From: a virus
Strand: one strand, 5' to 3'
DNA length: 61,059 bases
Virus record (IMG/VR): IMGVR_UViG_3300023247_000001
Span: 1-61,059 of that record
The position numbers were made by a program, and so were the translations under genes. The notes beneath the pieces are model-generated. The model had not been told where the DNA came from and did no database searches. It worked only from the letters and a program-made list of their open reading frames with translations. Positions 26,115 through 35,429 of the stretch are shown one piece after another. How positions within the stretch are numbered: position 1 is the stretch's first letter; the number at the start of each line of letters is the position of its first letter.

Positions 26115-27472
26115 AATCGGACCTCCAGATAGGCGGGCTACCGGCCAACATCGACGCAGAGACGACCATCCTCGGGGCGATCCTGCTTGACAATGCTGCC
26201 CACGCCGAATGCGCAGAGAAGCTGACGGCAGACGATTTCTCGCTCGACTCGCACCGGCGCATCTTCCTGCGCATGATTGAGTTGATAAACGAGCAGCGCG
26301 CCGTGGACATCGTTACGCTGGCCAACGAACTGAACCGCTACAAGGAAGTGGAAGCCGTGGGCGGCGTGTCCTACCTCGCATCGCTCACGGAGGGTTTGCC
26401 GCGCCGACCGGTGATCGAAGAATACATCCGCATCGTCAAAGACAAGAGCCTGTTGCGGAGACTGATGGCCTTTTCCTCTCAGGCAATAGCGCGGGCCGTA
26501 GATGGGGAGATGCCGGCGCTTGAACTTGCTGGCAGGATGATCAAGCAGATCGAGAAGATTGCCGAGCCTTCGATGCAGTCAGGTAGCGCACTGGCAAGCA
26601 CGTTCATCGTCGAAACGTTGGCGGACATTGACCGCGAGTATCAGACGAAGACGAGCCCATGCATCCCGTCTGGCAATGCGTGGTTCGATGCGAAGACAGG
26701 AGGCGGCTACCGGCAAGCAAACATCACGCTCATATGCGCTAGGCCGAACGTTGGGAAAACGCCCTGGGCTGTCATGAGCATTGCTCACAATCTCAAGTTG
26801 GGTCGCAAGTGTGTCCTGTTCTCGCTCGAAAAGAAGAAAGAGTCAATCCTCCGTGACCTGGTTCCGTACTTCGTCAACGTCCCGAATCGCGTCGTCAGCA
26901 ACGCATGGATGCAGACGCCGGAACAGAACATGCTTATCCACGAGGGCATGGAGAGGCTTGCGGAGTGCAGTCACCTGCTCAGCATTTACGACCAGAAGAT
27001 GGACCGGGAGCAGATTTGCTGGGCGATCAAGCGCGAATCGAAGGACGGCCAGGAAGTTCTCTTTGAACTGGACCACTTTGGGATGGTCAAAGGATCAGGA
27101 CACGGAGAAGATCCGATCGAGCGCGACAACCTCACATCGGCGTCTATCCGCGACACGATCAAAGAAACGAATAGCGCAGTCGTCGTCCTGCGCCAGCTTC
27201 GGAAGGTCGCTCGCGAGTTTGCAGACAAGGCTCCCGCTCCTGATGACGTGAAGGGCTCAAGCAACGCGTGGGAAGACGCTTTTGCGGCGCTCATTATCCA
27301 TCGGGCAATCGACGGGGAAACAAAGCGTATGTCGCGCACATCGGAACTCAACCTTGCGAAGCTCCGTACTGGCGGATCAACAGGATCAACGAAAGGAAAC
27401 TTCAACGTGCAGAACCTTTGCTTTGAGGCCGAAGCGGAAATTGACTACGAAGGGCAGGACTACTATGCATGA
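26111..27472 (+). CDS. dnaB: Replicative DNA helicase DnaB
   Basis: N-terminus DAETTILGAILLDN...VDIVTLANEL...GGVSYLASL; Walker A ARPNVGKT; GTGA overlap with the upstream gene. Confidence 0.9.
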   Translation: MKSDLQIGGLPANIDAETTILGAILLDNAAHAECAEKLTADDFSLDSHRRIFLRMIELINEQRAVDIVTLANELNRYKEVEAVGGVSYLASLTEGLPRRPVIEEYIRIVKDKSLLRRLMAFSSQAIARAVDGEMPALELAGRMIKQIEKIAEPSMQSGSALASTFIVETLADIDREYQTKTSPCIPSGNAWFDAKTGGGYRQANITLICARPNVGKTPWAVMSIAHNLKLGRKCVLFSLEKKKESILRDLVPYFVNVPNRVVSNAWMQTPEQNMLIHEGMERLAECSHLLSIYDQKMDREQICWAIKRESKDGQEVLFELDHFGMVKGSGHGEDPIERDNLTSASIRDTIKETNSAVVVLRQLRKVAREFADKAPAPDDVKGSSNAWEDAFAALIIHRAIDGETKRMSRTSELNLAKLRTGGSTGSTKGNFNVQNLCFEAEAEIDYEGQDYYA

Positions 27473-27617
27473 AAATTCCGAGCGTCCTGATGTTGATTTG
27501 AACCTCATCCAGCGGCAACTTGCTGGCATAACCGAATTCCTCAAGAAGAACGTATGGAAAGGGAAAGATGCCGATCAAAAGAAAACCGAAGACTCCGGGG
27601 AGCGGAAGGCCATCTGA
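27465..27617 (+). CDS. Hypothetical small protein
   Basis: 50 aa; internal ATG of ORF 27282..27617 overlapping the dnaB stop. Confidence 0.4.
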   Translation: MHENSERPDVDLNLIQRQLAGITEFLKKNVWKGKDADQKKTEDSGERKAI

Positions 27618-27768
27618 TGCGGTAATGGACGCCTACGCTCAGCGTTACGAACTATCCGTGAAGCAAAAGACGCTTCTCAACCGCTACATAGTTCAAGTGT
27701 CACTCTGCCAGAGCGAGGAAGCGCGCCGATTGCTGTTAGGTGTAAGCCAGAAAGAAGTGGCGGCATGA
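27568..27768 (+). CDS. Hypothetical small basic protein
   Basis: 66 aa; GGAAAGGGAAAG upstream. Confidence 0.5.
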   Translation: MPIKRKPKTPGSGRPSDAVMDAYAQRYELSVKQKTLLNRYIVQVSLCQSEEARRLLLGVSQKEVAA

Positions 27769-28127
27769 TTCATCGCAGGACTCCACTGAAACGCTACACG
27801 CCAGTACGCAAAAAACGGCCAGGGATGCGCAAGGGGCAGCCGACTAGCGCAGAGAAGCAAGCGGCCAGGGTAATCTGCTACTCACGCGCCAATGGCATGT
27901 GTGAACTTCACAACGGGACTCACTGCCTTGGCTATGCCCCGCTCAACGCGCTGGACGACGAGGAACACCAAGGGCAACTGAGCCATCTCAAGCCAAAGCA
28001 ACGGTTCGGATGGTTCGAGTCAGAAGAGACGGGCCAGAAGCATCGCTGGAGTTGTTGGAGATGCCACCAGTTTGAACATCAGCACGGAAGTAAACCACAC
28101 ATCGAAAGGAAAGATCATGAACTATGA
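27765..28127 (+). CDS. HNH/NinG-like nuclease
   Basis: RRTPLKRYTPVRKKRP N-terminus; GMCELHNGTHC...SHLKPKQRFGW...CWRCHQFEH. Confidence 0.5.
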   Translation: MIHRRTPLKRYTPVRKKRPGMRKGQPTSAEKQAARVICYSRANGMCELHNGTHCLGYAPLNALDDEEHQGQLSHLKPKQRFGWFESEETGQKHRWSCWRCHQFEHQHGSKPHIERKDHEL

Positions 28128-29505
28128 AGAGTTTCTGGAGGCAAAGGCACAATACGGTGGAGATGCTGGATTCAAGGCTATCTCTATTCCCGATATGCTG
28201 TTCGACTTCCAAGGCGATACGGTTGAGAGGTCCCTGCGGAGAGGGCGCTCGTCTATCTTCTTCGATTGCGGACTTGGCAAGACTCCGATGGAATTGGCCT
28301 GGGCCGACAACGTGGTCCGCCACACAAATAAGAAAGTTCTGTACATCACTCCGCTAGGCGTGGCCAAGCAAACCATTCGAGAGTCTGAGAAGTTCGGCAT
28401 CGAAGCGCACCGTTCAAATGATGGGCAGCTTGTCTCTGGAATCAACGTCACCAACTACGAGAAACTCCACCGCTTCAATCCGAACGACTTCGCCGGCGCG
28501 GTGTGCGATGAGTCATCATTCATCAAGGCCATGAACGGCAAGCGGCGCGCACAGGTTACGGAGTTTCTGCGCACGCTACCTTTCCGCCTGCTGGCCACGG
28601 CAACAGCCGCCCCCAACGACTACGTCGAACTTGGAACATCCTCCGAAGCCTTGGGCGTGATGGGTCAGATTGACATGCTCAATCGCTTCTTCAAGAACGA
28701 CCAAAACACCAGCGACACACGCATGATGATTCGACGCGCGCCAAACCAAGGCGGTCCAGTTAGCGCAGGATGGCGATTCAAGGGACACGCCGAGGAACCG
28801 TTCTGGCGTTGGGTTTGCTCATGGGCACGAGCAGCACGCCGCCCTTCTGATGTTGGTCCATACTCCGATGCTCGCTTTGTATTGCCGCGACTCATTGAGC
28901 GCGAGCATATTATAGAAACGCGCACGCTCCCCGATGGTATGCTCTTTCCGCTGGCAGCAACCAACATGCAAGAGGAGCGCGAAGAACGGCGCCGAACCGT
29001 GCAGGAACGTTGCGAGATGGCTGCCTCTTTGGTGTCTGGGACCGGAAAGCCTTTCGTGATTTGGTGCCAGTTGAATCCTGAAGGCGACCTTCTTGAGCAT
29101 CTTGTTCCCGATGCCGTTCAGGTTTCAGGGTCAGACAGCGACGAAGAGAAGGAAGAGAAATACGAAGCCTTCGCAAGCGGTCAGGCCCGCGGTATCGTCA
29201 CAAAGCAGGTCATCGGTGGGTGGGGATTGAACTGGCAGCATTGCGCTCACGTGGTAGAGTTTGCGACGCATAGCTTTGAGCAGCACTATCAGGGTGTTCG
29301 CCGCTGCTGGCGTTTTGGACAAACGCATGATGTAATCAACGACCTAATTGCGACTGAAGGCCAACGCGGCATCAAAGAGAACTTGCGGCGCAAGCAGGTT
29401 GCCGCAGACAAGATGTTTGACGAACTGGTACGCCACATGAACGAGTCAGTCCGCATCGAAGGCGGATACAAATTCGAGAAAGAGGTAACAACGCCATGCT
29501 GGTAA
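28117..29505 (+). CDS. SNF2-family helicase
   Basis: DCGLGKT (motif I), DESS (II), LATATAAPN (III), QGVRRCWRFGQ (VI). Confidence 0.85.
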   Translation: MNYEEFLEAKAQYGGDAGFKAISIPDMLFDFQGDTVERSLRRGRSSIFFDCGLGKTPMELAWADNVVRHTNKKVLYITPLGVAKQTIRESEKFGIEAHRSNDGQLVSGINVTNYEKLHRFNPNDFAGAVCDESSFIKAMNGKRRAQVTEFLRTLPFRLLATATAAPNDYVELGTSSEALGVMGQIDMLNRFFKNDQNTSDTRMMIRRAPNQGGPVSAGWRFKGHAEEPFWRWVCSWARAARRPSDVGPYSDARFVLPRLIEREHIIETRTLPDGMLFPLAATNMQEEREERRRTVQERCEMAASLVSGTGKPFVIWCQLNPEGDLLEHLVPDAVQVSGSDSDEEKEEKYEAFASGQARGIVTKQVIGGWGLNWQHCAHVVEFATHSFEQHYQGVRRCWRFGQTHDVINDLIATEGQRGIKENLRRKQVAADKMFDELVRHMNESVRIEGGYKFEKEVTTPCW

Positions 29506-30578
29506 TCGATCAGAAAATCACAGACAAGTACGCCATCTACAACGGCGATTCAGTAGACATGCTCACCGCCTTGAAGGATGAGTCGATCCATTTTTCCGTC
29601 TACTCTCCGCCTTTTGCAACAGAGAATGGAGGAGCACTTTACCACTACAGTTCCTCTGATCGCGACCTTTCCAACTCTCGTACCTATGAGGAGTTTTTCT
29701 CTCACTACGAGTTCATCGTGCGAGAGATTCACCGGGCCACATTGCCAGGACGCATGACCGCTGTGCATTGCATGGATGTACCAAACAGCAACAGCGGAAA
29801 CGGAGACTCCTACACCGACTTCCCCGGCGACATTATCCGGTTGCATGAGCGGTGCGGATGGAGAATGGCCTCTCCTCGCATCTCGATTTGGAAGGAGCCG
29901 CTTGCTGTACGCAACAGGACTATGACGAAAGCTTTGGCCCATAAGTCGATTGTGGAAGACTCTTGCAACTGCGCAGTCGCCGGGGCCGACTATCTCCTGA
30001 TCTTTCGGCGCTCAGGGAAGAACGAAATTCCCGTCACTCACCGTCATGGGCTTATCAACTATGCCGGGACACGCAAGGTTCCAAAAGAGTTGCTCAAGTA
30101 CAAGGGGTGGACTGGAAACCAGATTGAGAATCGGTATTCGCAATGGATTTGGAGACAGTACGCTTCGAGTATGTGGGACGACATTCGCGGCAACATGGGC
30201 GACCGCAAAGAGAAAGGCGTCTTGCCCTACCGTGAGGCCCGCGAAGAGGAAGACGAGAAACATTTGCATCCCCTTCAGTTGGATGTCATCACGCGCTCCG
30301 TGGAGCTATGGTCGAACCCAAGCGAAACGGTTCTCACTCCATTCATGGGCGTTGGTAGCGAAGTTTGCGCCTCACTAATGAGCGGTCGCCGGGCGATTGG
30401 ATGCGAACTCAAGCCGAGCTACTACCGACAAGCCGTGCGCAATGTAGAGGAGGTAGAAAAGAACGGTTGGCACGACGACAGCGGCCAAGAGATGCTTTCA
30501 TTCCGTGAAGAGTTTGACGCGGTTGATCCTGAAGTCCAAGACGGGCCGATGGAAGATCCAAAAGAAATGGACTTCTAA
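29496..30578 (+). CDS. DNA methyltransferase, beta-class N4-C/N6-A (SPPF type)
   Basis: SVYSPPFATE (motif IV) precedes TPFMGVGSE (motif I); overlaps the end of the SNF2 gene. Confidence 0.8.
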   Translation: MLVIDQKITDKYAIYNGDSVDMLTALKDESIHFSVYSPPFATENGGALYHYSSSDRDLSNSRTYEEFFSHYEFIVREIHRATLPGRMTAVHCMDVPNSNSGNGDSYTDFPGDIIRLHERCGWRMASPRISIWKEPLAVRNRTMTKALAHKSIVEDSCNCAVAGADYLLIFRRSGKNEIPVTHRHGLINYAGTRKVPKELLKYKGWTGNQIENRYSQWIWRQYASSMWDDIRGNMGDRKEKGVLPYREAREEEDEKHLHPLQLDVITRSVELWSNPSETVLTPFMGVGSEVCASLMSGRRAIGCELKPSYYRQAVRNVEEVEKNGWHDDSGQEMLSFREEFDAVDPEVQDGPMEDPKEMDF

Positions 30579-30584
30579 CCCAAC

Positions 30585-30617
30585 ACCCCGCAGGACTCAA
30601 TCGAGCTTCTGCGGGGT
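30585..30617. other. 9-bp hairpin between the convergent arms
   Basis: ACCCCGCAG-15 nt-CTGCGGGGT; no U-run; overlaps the 3' end of the 1012-aa gene. Confidence 0.4.
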
Positions 30618-33600
30618 TACGTCCTTCTCCCAATCGAACTTCGCTGGCATTAGAATTCCCTGCTCCGTCCCACCCTCATGCTTTGTGAACGTTATGATTC
30701 GTCCTTTGCTTCCCGGCTTCAACTGTCCATAGGCCCCCAGCAGATTCCCGGTAATGATCTTCGCGCGCTGCCGAGTGTCGCTGAGATAGTCCTGAAACAA
30801 CTCGGCAATATCAGCATTGCGGCCAAGATTCGCCAGCGTGATCTTCTTGATTTGCGAACCTGGTACGCGCACCTCGCGCAAAGGTCCGTTGACGGCAATG
30901 TAGAACTTCAGAGAGCTGGGAGCGTATGGATTGCCGCTTACCTTCTTGCGACCGCGAATATCGTAGATAACGCCGTTGTAAGTGTCGCCGTTGATTTCGA
31001 TTCTGAGTCCTGATCCCACTCGAAAGTCGTTTAGAATCGTCCGCGACCATTCCCTAATGCGCTCGGCCCGTTCGATGATGTGTGGCGCTTCAACGGATGC
31101 GATGTATGGCTTGAACAAGCCCTCAAGGTGTGCGCTCAAGGCCCGCGCGTGGTACGTGTCCCGCTGCCATGGCTCGTACTTCATGAGGTCAGGACCATAA
31201 GTCTGTGCGATCAGTTCGGATACCTCCTCCGGTGTATAAGACTTTCCTTGCCGCTTGATTGAGTATGTCCCGAAGGTGGCGTCTTCCCCGAACGGCGATG
31301 AAGGATCAGACCCAACGTAGATGACGTGCGAGGTCTTCTGCTCTGCGTCGAAGTCGTAGGTCTTGGGCTCAAGGTCATTCTGCCCTGTCTCATCAAGATA
31401 CGCGATGTAGTCCGTGTAGCTCTCGGTGATCGTCTCCATAAACTCTCGCTGCTCTTTGACGGGCAAGAGTGCTGAGCGTCCTGTTGCCGTGCGTGCCAGG
31501 TCTTCCTCTGGAGTTCCGCCTTCCTCCTCCGACTTGTCCATCGTCAGGCCCATGAGACGGGCAATCTGCTCATTCTCGTGCAGCCACTCCGCGACGATCT
31601 TGTCGCCGTACTTGTTCATCATGTCTGGCGCCTCAATCGACATTGCCGACCGCGTGTTGCTCGACGTGTTGGCGTTCAGGCTCTTCAGTTTCTTGGCGAG
31701 GCTGATGGCCGGGCGAATCTCTGCGGGGATGGCCAGGGAGAGCATCGTGTACCTTGGCAGGACCATCTGGCCGGTCCTGTTCGAACGTCCGAGGATCTGC
31801 ATGAACACGTTCACGTCGCCGGCCGGTTGAGCAACGATCATGTGCCGCTGATGTTGGTCTTTGAACTTCTCGGAAGCGTGGAGACTGATTCCTGTCGAGC
31901 CCGCCTGGTTCAGAACCAAACAATCGACGCCGCCATTATTGAACAGGCTGCCGGTCTGCACGCGGTCCTTCCGCTCGCTGGCCGGGACTGAAGACAGGAC
32001 AGGGACGGGACCCGCATAGTTGATTCGATACGAGCGTCCGGTAATCTCTGCCACGGTAAAGCCGGCTTGCGTGATTCGAGTCCTGATCCAATCGATAGGC
32101 GACACCGGCAGCGTTACCGCAAGAGCGTCCAGAAGCCTCTCAGCTTCCCGGTACTTTGCTTCCGTCTCGACGTAGAGCAGATGGCGCGGGAACTCTTGGC
32201 GGTCATTGCCCATTGAGGTCTTGATGGTGTAGTGAAGGGTCCTGTCGAGGGCACGCCTGAGTATGGTGGACCATGAGAGCTTATCAAGCACTTCGCCCTC
32301 GCTCAAGTTCGCCGCACTCACATAGCTGTCGAGGAACGCGCCCATAGTGCTCTCAAGGGCGACAATTGGCTTTTCCCCGCGTCCGAGCGCTTCGATGGCG
32401 CAATCTGCTGCGGCATCCGACTTCAAGGCCAGGAGAAACTGCTTCACGATGTTGTGGACGATGGCGCTGAACTTGTGATGGTAGATCTTGATGTGCCGCT
32501 TCTTGTACTGGAGGCGCAGAGTCTCGAAATCGTTCTGATGATAGTCCTGATCTGCTTTGAAGATGGCCCGCAAGACTTCCGTCACCTGATCACATATATC
32601 CTCTTGTGTGTCCTGATTTCTGTCGTCAATGAAGTTCAGGATGCTGATGCCCTCAAAGGACCGCTCACGGCGCACGAGTTGGCCGGTCTGGGCGAGTTGG
32701 TGGCTCACGACGGTCTGTAGTGGTGGACCACCGGCGCGGATGGCGTCAGAGACACGCTGGTTGTCGGGAATGGCAATCGAGATGTCCGTCTTGGTGGCGT
32801 AGAGCGTCATGTTGTCCGGCCGCTTCGCCCACGTTGCCGACAGGAACATCACGCCGTGCGCCGCTGGAAGAACCTCTTGGAAGAACGCTCCTGTGTTCGA
32901 CTCATCGCCGCCGGCGTTGTGGGACTCGTCAAGGATGAAGACGGCTTTCGGCGCCAACCGTCTCAGTGCCTCCTGCTGGATGTTGATCGTATTGATCTGC
33001 GAATAGGTCAAGTACACGGCATTCCGCGCGCGCGGCAGTTCGCCAGTCTCGGCAATCCTTGTCAGGACCCCCTTCATGCTGCTCTTGTTGGCGAAGATTT
33101 TGCGTCCTGTTGCCTGCTCAGTTATCGACGCCCCGGCATTGAAGAGCAGAGGCCAGACGCTTGGACCGAAGCCGATGTCGTCAAGATCGCGTTGGAAGTC
33201 GGTGAAGAGGGTATCCGAGTAGGTGACGAAGATCGGCAACAGACCGTGAAGAATGGTCCACCGGCAGACAGCCGCCGCTACCCTACCCTTTCCAACTCCG
33301 GTCTGATCCGCGCACACCAGCGCCCTTTGCTTCCTGATCTGCCAGATGGCCAGGGCAATCGAATCAACCTGGAGGCCCATGAAGTAGCTCTGCATCTCCT
33401 TGACGGAGGGGTACTCCAGTTCGCGGGCCACGAACTCGTCCAAGTCGCCACCCTCAGCCCGGACGCGCTCCATAGCCACCCGCATCGGCTCTTTCATTGA
33501 TCGCGGGCACATCACTGCTTCATCTTGGAGGCTGGAAAGTGAGGCGTAGACCTCTTGATAAGCGTTCATATTCTCGACAGGACGCTGAATCCGAGTCCTG

Positions 33601-33635
33601 CGGTTGAGTAGCAATAGTCTGGTTGATAAGTCCAT
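30597..33635 (-). CDS. Strawberry-notch-like (SNO/SBNO) superfamily-2 helicase
   Basis: ADQTGVGKGR P-loop, FILDESHNAGG, LSATWAKRPDNM, NQAGSTGISLHA, QILGRSNRTGQ, C-terminal ITGNLLGA; the start could instead be the internal MNAYQ. Confidence 0.7.
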   Translation of the reverse strand: MDLSTRLLLLNRRTRIQRPVENMNAYQEVYASLSSLQDEAVMCPRSMKEPMRVAMERVRAEGGDLDEFVARELEYPSVKEMQSYFMGLQVDSIALAIWQIRKQRALVCADQTGVGKGRVAAAVCRWTILHGLLPIFVTYSDTLFTDFQRDLDDIGFGPSVWPLLFNAGASITEQATGRKIFANKSSMKGVLTRIAETGELPRARNAVYLTYSQINTINIQQEALRRLAPKAVFILDESHNAGGDESNTGAFFQEVLPAAHGVMFLSATWAKRPDNMTLYATKTDISIAIPDNQRVSDAIRAGGPPLQTVVSHQLAQTGQLVRRERSFEGISILNFIDDRNQDTQEDICDQVTEVLRAIFKADQDYHQNDFETLRLQYKKRHIKIYHHKFSAIVHNIVKQFLLALKSDAAADCAIEALGRGEKPIVALESTMGAFLDSYVSAANLSEGEVLDKLSWSTILRRALDRTLHYTIKTSMGNDRQEFPRHLLYVETEAKYREAERLLDALAVTLPVSPIDWIRTRITQAGFTVAEITGRSYRINYAGPVPVLSSVPASERKDRVQTGSLFNNGGVDCLVLNQAGSTGISLHASEKFKDQHQRHMIVAQPAGDVNVFMQILGRSNRTGQMVLPRYTMLSLAIPAEIRPAISLAKKLKSLNANTSSNTRSAMSIEAPDMMNKYGDKIVAEWLHENEQIARLMGLTMDKSEEEGGTPEEDLARTATGRSALLPVKEQREFMETITESYTDYIAYLDETGQNDLEPKTYDFDAEQKTSHVIYVGSDPSSPFGEDATFGTYSIKRQGKSYTPEEVSELIAQTYGPDLMKYEPWQRDTYHARALSAHLEGLFKPYIASVEAPHIIERAERIREWSRTILNDFRVGSGLRIEINGDTYNGVIYDIRGRKKVSGNPYAPSSLKFYIAVNGPLREVRVPGSQIKKITLANLGRNADIAELFQDYLSDTRQRAKIITGNLLGAYGQLKPGSKGRIITFTKHEGGTEQGILMPAKFDWEKDVTPQKLD

Positions 33636-33682
33636 ATCAGTGCATTGTAAATCATAATTTGCTCCACTTTAGGATATTTATC

Positions 33683-33710
33683 AAAAAGAAAAGCGCCCTC
33701 GAAAGGACGC
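33683..33710 (-). terminator. Rho-independent terminator at the end of the lysis operon
   Basis: Minus strand GCGTCC-TTTCGA-GGGCGC followed by TTTTCTTTTT; sits in an AT-rich gap. Confidence 0.65.
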
Positions 33711-33768
33711 CTCTCTCTGCTCTGGCTACTACCGCAATCCTCCTACATGTTGAATTTGACTCCTAAGC

Positions 33769-34500
33769 TCATCTCAAAAGGTAACCGCCCACCTGTGCTC
33801 CGAAGAGAATGTCGCTCTTTAGCACGCAAGGAAGCGTTGGGTGTAGCGTGCATTGAGCCAACTTTTGCTCAAGCTGAACCGCCGTGGTAGTGAACTGCGC
33901 TCCGTTCGCCAGCATGATCGTGACGTTTGGACTTGCCATGATGTCGTTGGCGGTTTTGATAGTGGTATCCAGGTCATTTCCGGTGGCTGTGTAGCTGGCT
34001 ATGAGGGGCCTCAACTGCATCAGCAAGTCGTTGGCCGTCTTGGCATCTATCGTGACTGTCTGAATGGCTACAGTGGCCGCGTCAGCCGTCTTAGACAGGT
34101 GTCCCGCTGTATCCTTTACCGCATCGCCAGCCAGATTGAGGTTCTGCGCCGCCGCCGTGATGAGCGGTTGCGTCTGTGCCACCTGCTGTTGCATTGTCTG
34201 GACAGCTGCGCCGGTGTCTTGCACCGTCATCCGAACCGCCGGAATCAGTCCACAAGTTTCAGGGCGCCCCAACTTGCACGGCTTGAGCACGGCAATGGTA
34301 ACGTCGCGACTCTCGGCTGTAACGTCTAAAATGCCCTGGTGCGCGTCCTTGATTGTTTGTGAAAATTCTGGCCCCGGCGCGGAGTTTCCCCACTTGTCTA
34401 CGGCCACGATCAAATGGTGCGATATCCCGAAGCATCCCCACACGGTCAGCCCGAGTAGGGATGCTGAAACTACGCCGACGGCGATGGGTAGGAGGCGCAT
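33769..34500 (-). CDS. Membrane-anchored protein (N-terminal TM, Ala/Thr/Gln-rich ectodomain); possible spanin-like or lysis accessory
   Basis: MRLLPIAVGVVSASLLGLTVWG hydrophobic N-terminus; ATG at 34500 preferred over TTG at 34506. Confidence 0.5.
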   Translation of the reverse strand: MRLLPIAVGVVSASLLGLTVWGCFGISHHLIVAVDKWGNSAPGPEFSQTIKDAHQGILDVTAESRDVTIAVLKPCKLGRPETCGLIPAVRMTVQDTGAAVQTMQQQVAQTQPLITAAAQNLNLAGDAVKDTAGHLSKTADAATVAIQTVTIDAKTANDLLMQLRPLIASYTATGNDLDTTIKTANDIMASPNVTIMLANGAQFTTTAVQLEQKLAQCTLHPTLPCVLKSDILFGAQVGGYLLR

Positions 34501-34502
34501 GG

Positions 34503-34595
34503 TCAACCCTTCTTCTTGGCGAAGATGAATTTCAGCGCGGCCACAAGTTGCGACCAGGCGCTTGGCGCGGGGATTACTAACGGGTCTTTGCTCAT
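34503..34595 (-). CDS. Possible 30-aa peptide
   Basis: MSKDPLVIPAPSAWSQLVAALKFIFAKKKG; GAGG 5 nt upstream. Confidence 0.3.
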   Translation of the reverse strand: MSKDPLVIPAPSAWSQLVAALKFIFAKKKG

Positions 34596-34600
34596 GGGAA

Positions 34601-34643
34601 CCTCAAAAATCGGGCGGTCCAAGCCTCTCGACAAAAACCGCCC
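34601..34643 (-). terminator. Terminator-like hairpin inside the lysis operon
   Basis: Minus strand GGGCGGT-18 nt-ACCGCCC followed by GATTTTTGAGG. Confidence 0.45.
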
Positions 34644-34693
34644 ATGGCCACAATTGCGCTGCTCGTTTGACGTTTCCCCGCAGCGCAATATCG

Positions 34694-35020
34694 TTAGAGT
34701 TTGATGTTGAGCGCTTCGAAGTCAGCCACAACGGTTTTTTCGCCTGCGATGAAGTCCTTGACGACAGTCTGCACGAGGCTTACGGTTGTTTCGCTCAGCG
34801 TGATAGCGCTTGTCACGTTACCTGTGCTGGCGGCGGCAGCGGCCTTCTCGGCGGCGGCGACGGTTTTCACCACATCGTAGAAAACTGCCATCGAAGCGGC
34901 AATAACTGGGCCGGAAAGGGCACCGTAGATCTTCTGGATGGTTTTGGCGCCGTTCACAATGTCATTGAGAAACGTGCCGATTTTGGTTCCTGCGGATTCA
35001 AGTGTGCTGAGAAAAGACAT
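34694..35020 (-). CDS. Hypothetical Ala-rich protein
   Basis: Internal ATG at 35020 preceded by AAGGAGG; 108 aa. Confidence 0.55.
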   Translation of the reverse strand: MSFLSTLESAGTKIGTFLNDIVNGAKTIQKIYGALSGPVIAASMAVFYDVVKTVAAAEKAAAAASTGNVTSAITLSETTVSLVQTVVKDFIAGEKTVVADFEALNIKL

Positions 35021-35039
35021 GTCTTGCGCCTCCTTGGCG

Positions 35040-35285
35040 CTACTTGTTTGCGTCACCGGGAAAGGTGGCGCCAGGGTTGTTGATTGTGGCGTTGGGTCCT
35101 GTGGAGTTGCTGGTTGCACTTGCGTGGCCGGCAAAGGCCCCGAGGGCTCCGCTGACCAGGTTGCTTGCGATTGCGAGGACTGCGGTTCCGACTGCGACCG
35201 GGTCCGGGTGAAAAAGAACGGCCAATGCAACGATCACCCCCAGAACTGCGAGTAGAACTGCCCAGAAGGGCTCGGGAATCTTCAT
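35040..35285 (-). CDS. Putative holin (two TM segments)
   Basis: MKIPEPFWAVLLAVLGVIVALAVLF...AVGTAVLAIASNLVSGALGAFAG; adjacent to the endolysin-like gene. Confidence 0.55.
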   Translation of the reverse strand: MKIPEPFWAVLLAVLGVIVALAVLFHPDPVAVGTAVLAIASNLVSGALGAFAGHASATSNSTGPNATINNPGATFPGDANK

Positions 35286-35422
35286 AGCGTTCCCTTCCCG
35301 CTGCAAACGCAGCATTTTAGATGCTCCTGAGTTCCTTCACGATGGCCAACCTGAATCCAACCTTTGCCGTCGCAAAGAGAGCAGATACGCTTCCACAATA
35401 GATTTTTGATAAACCAAATCAT
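35282..35422 (-). CDS. 46-aa DnaJ-type zinc-finger peptide
   Basis: MIWFIKNLLWKRICSLCDGKGWIQVGHREGTQEHLKCCVCSGKGTL has two CxxCxGxG motifs; ATGA overlap with the holin start; read manually. Confidence 0.5.
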   Translation of the reverse strand: MIWFIKNLLWKRICSLCDGKGWIQVGHREGTQEHLKCCVCSGKGTL

Positions 35423-35429
35423 ATTGGAA

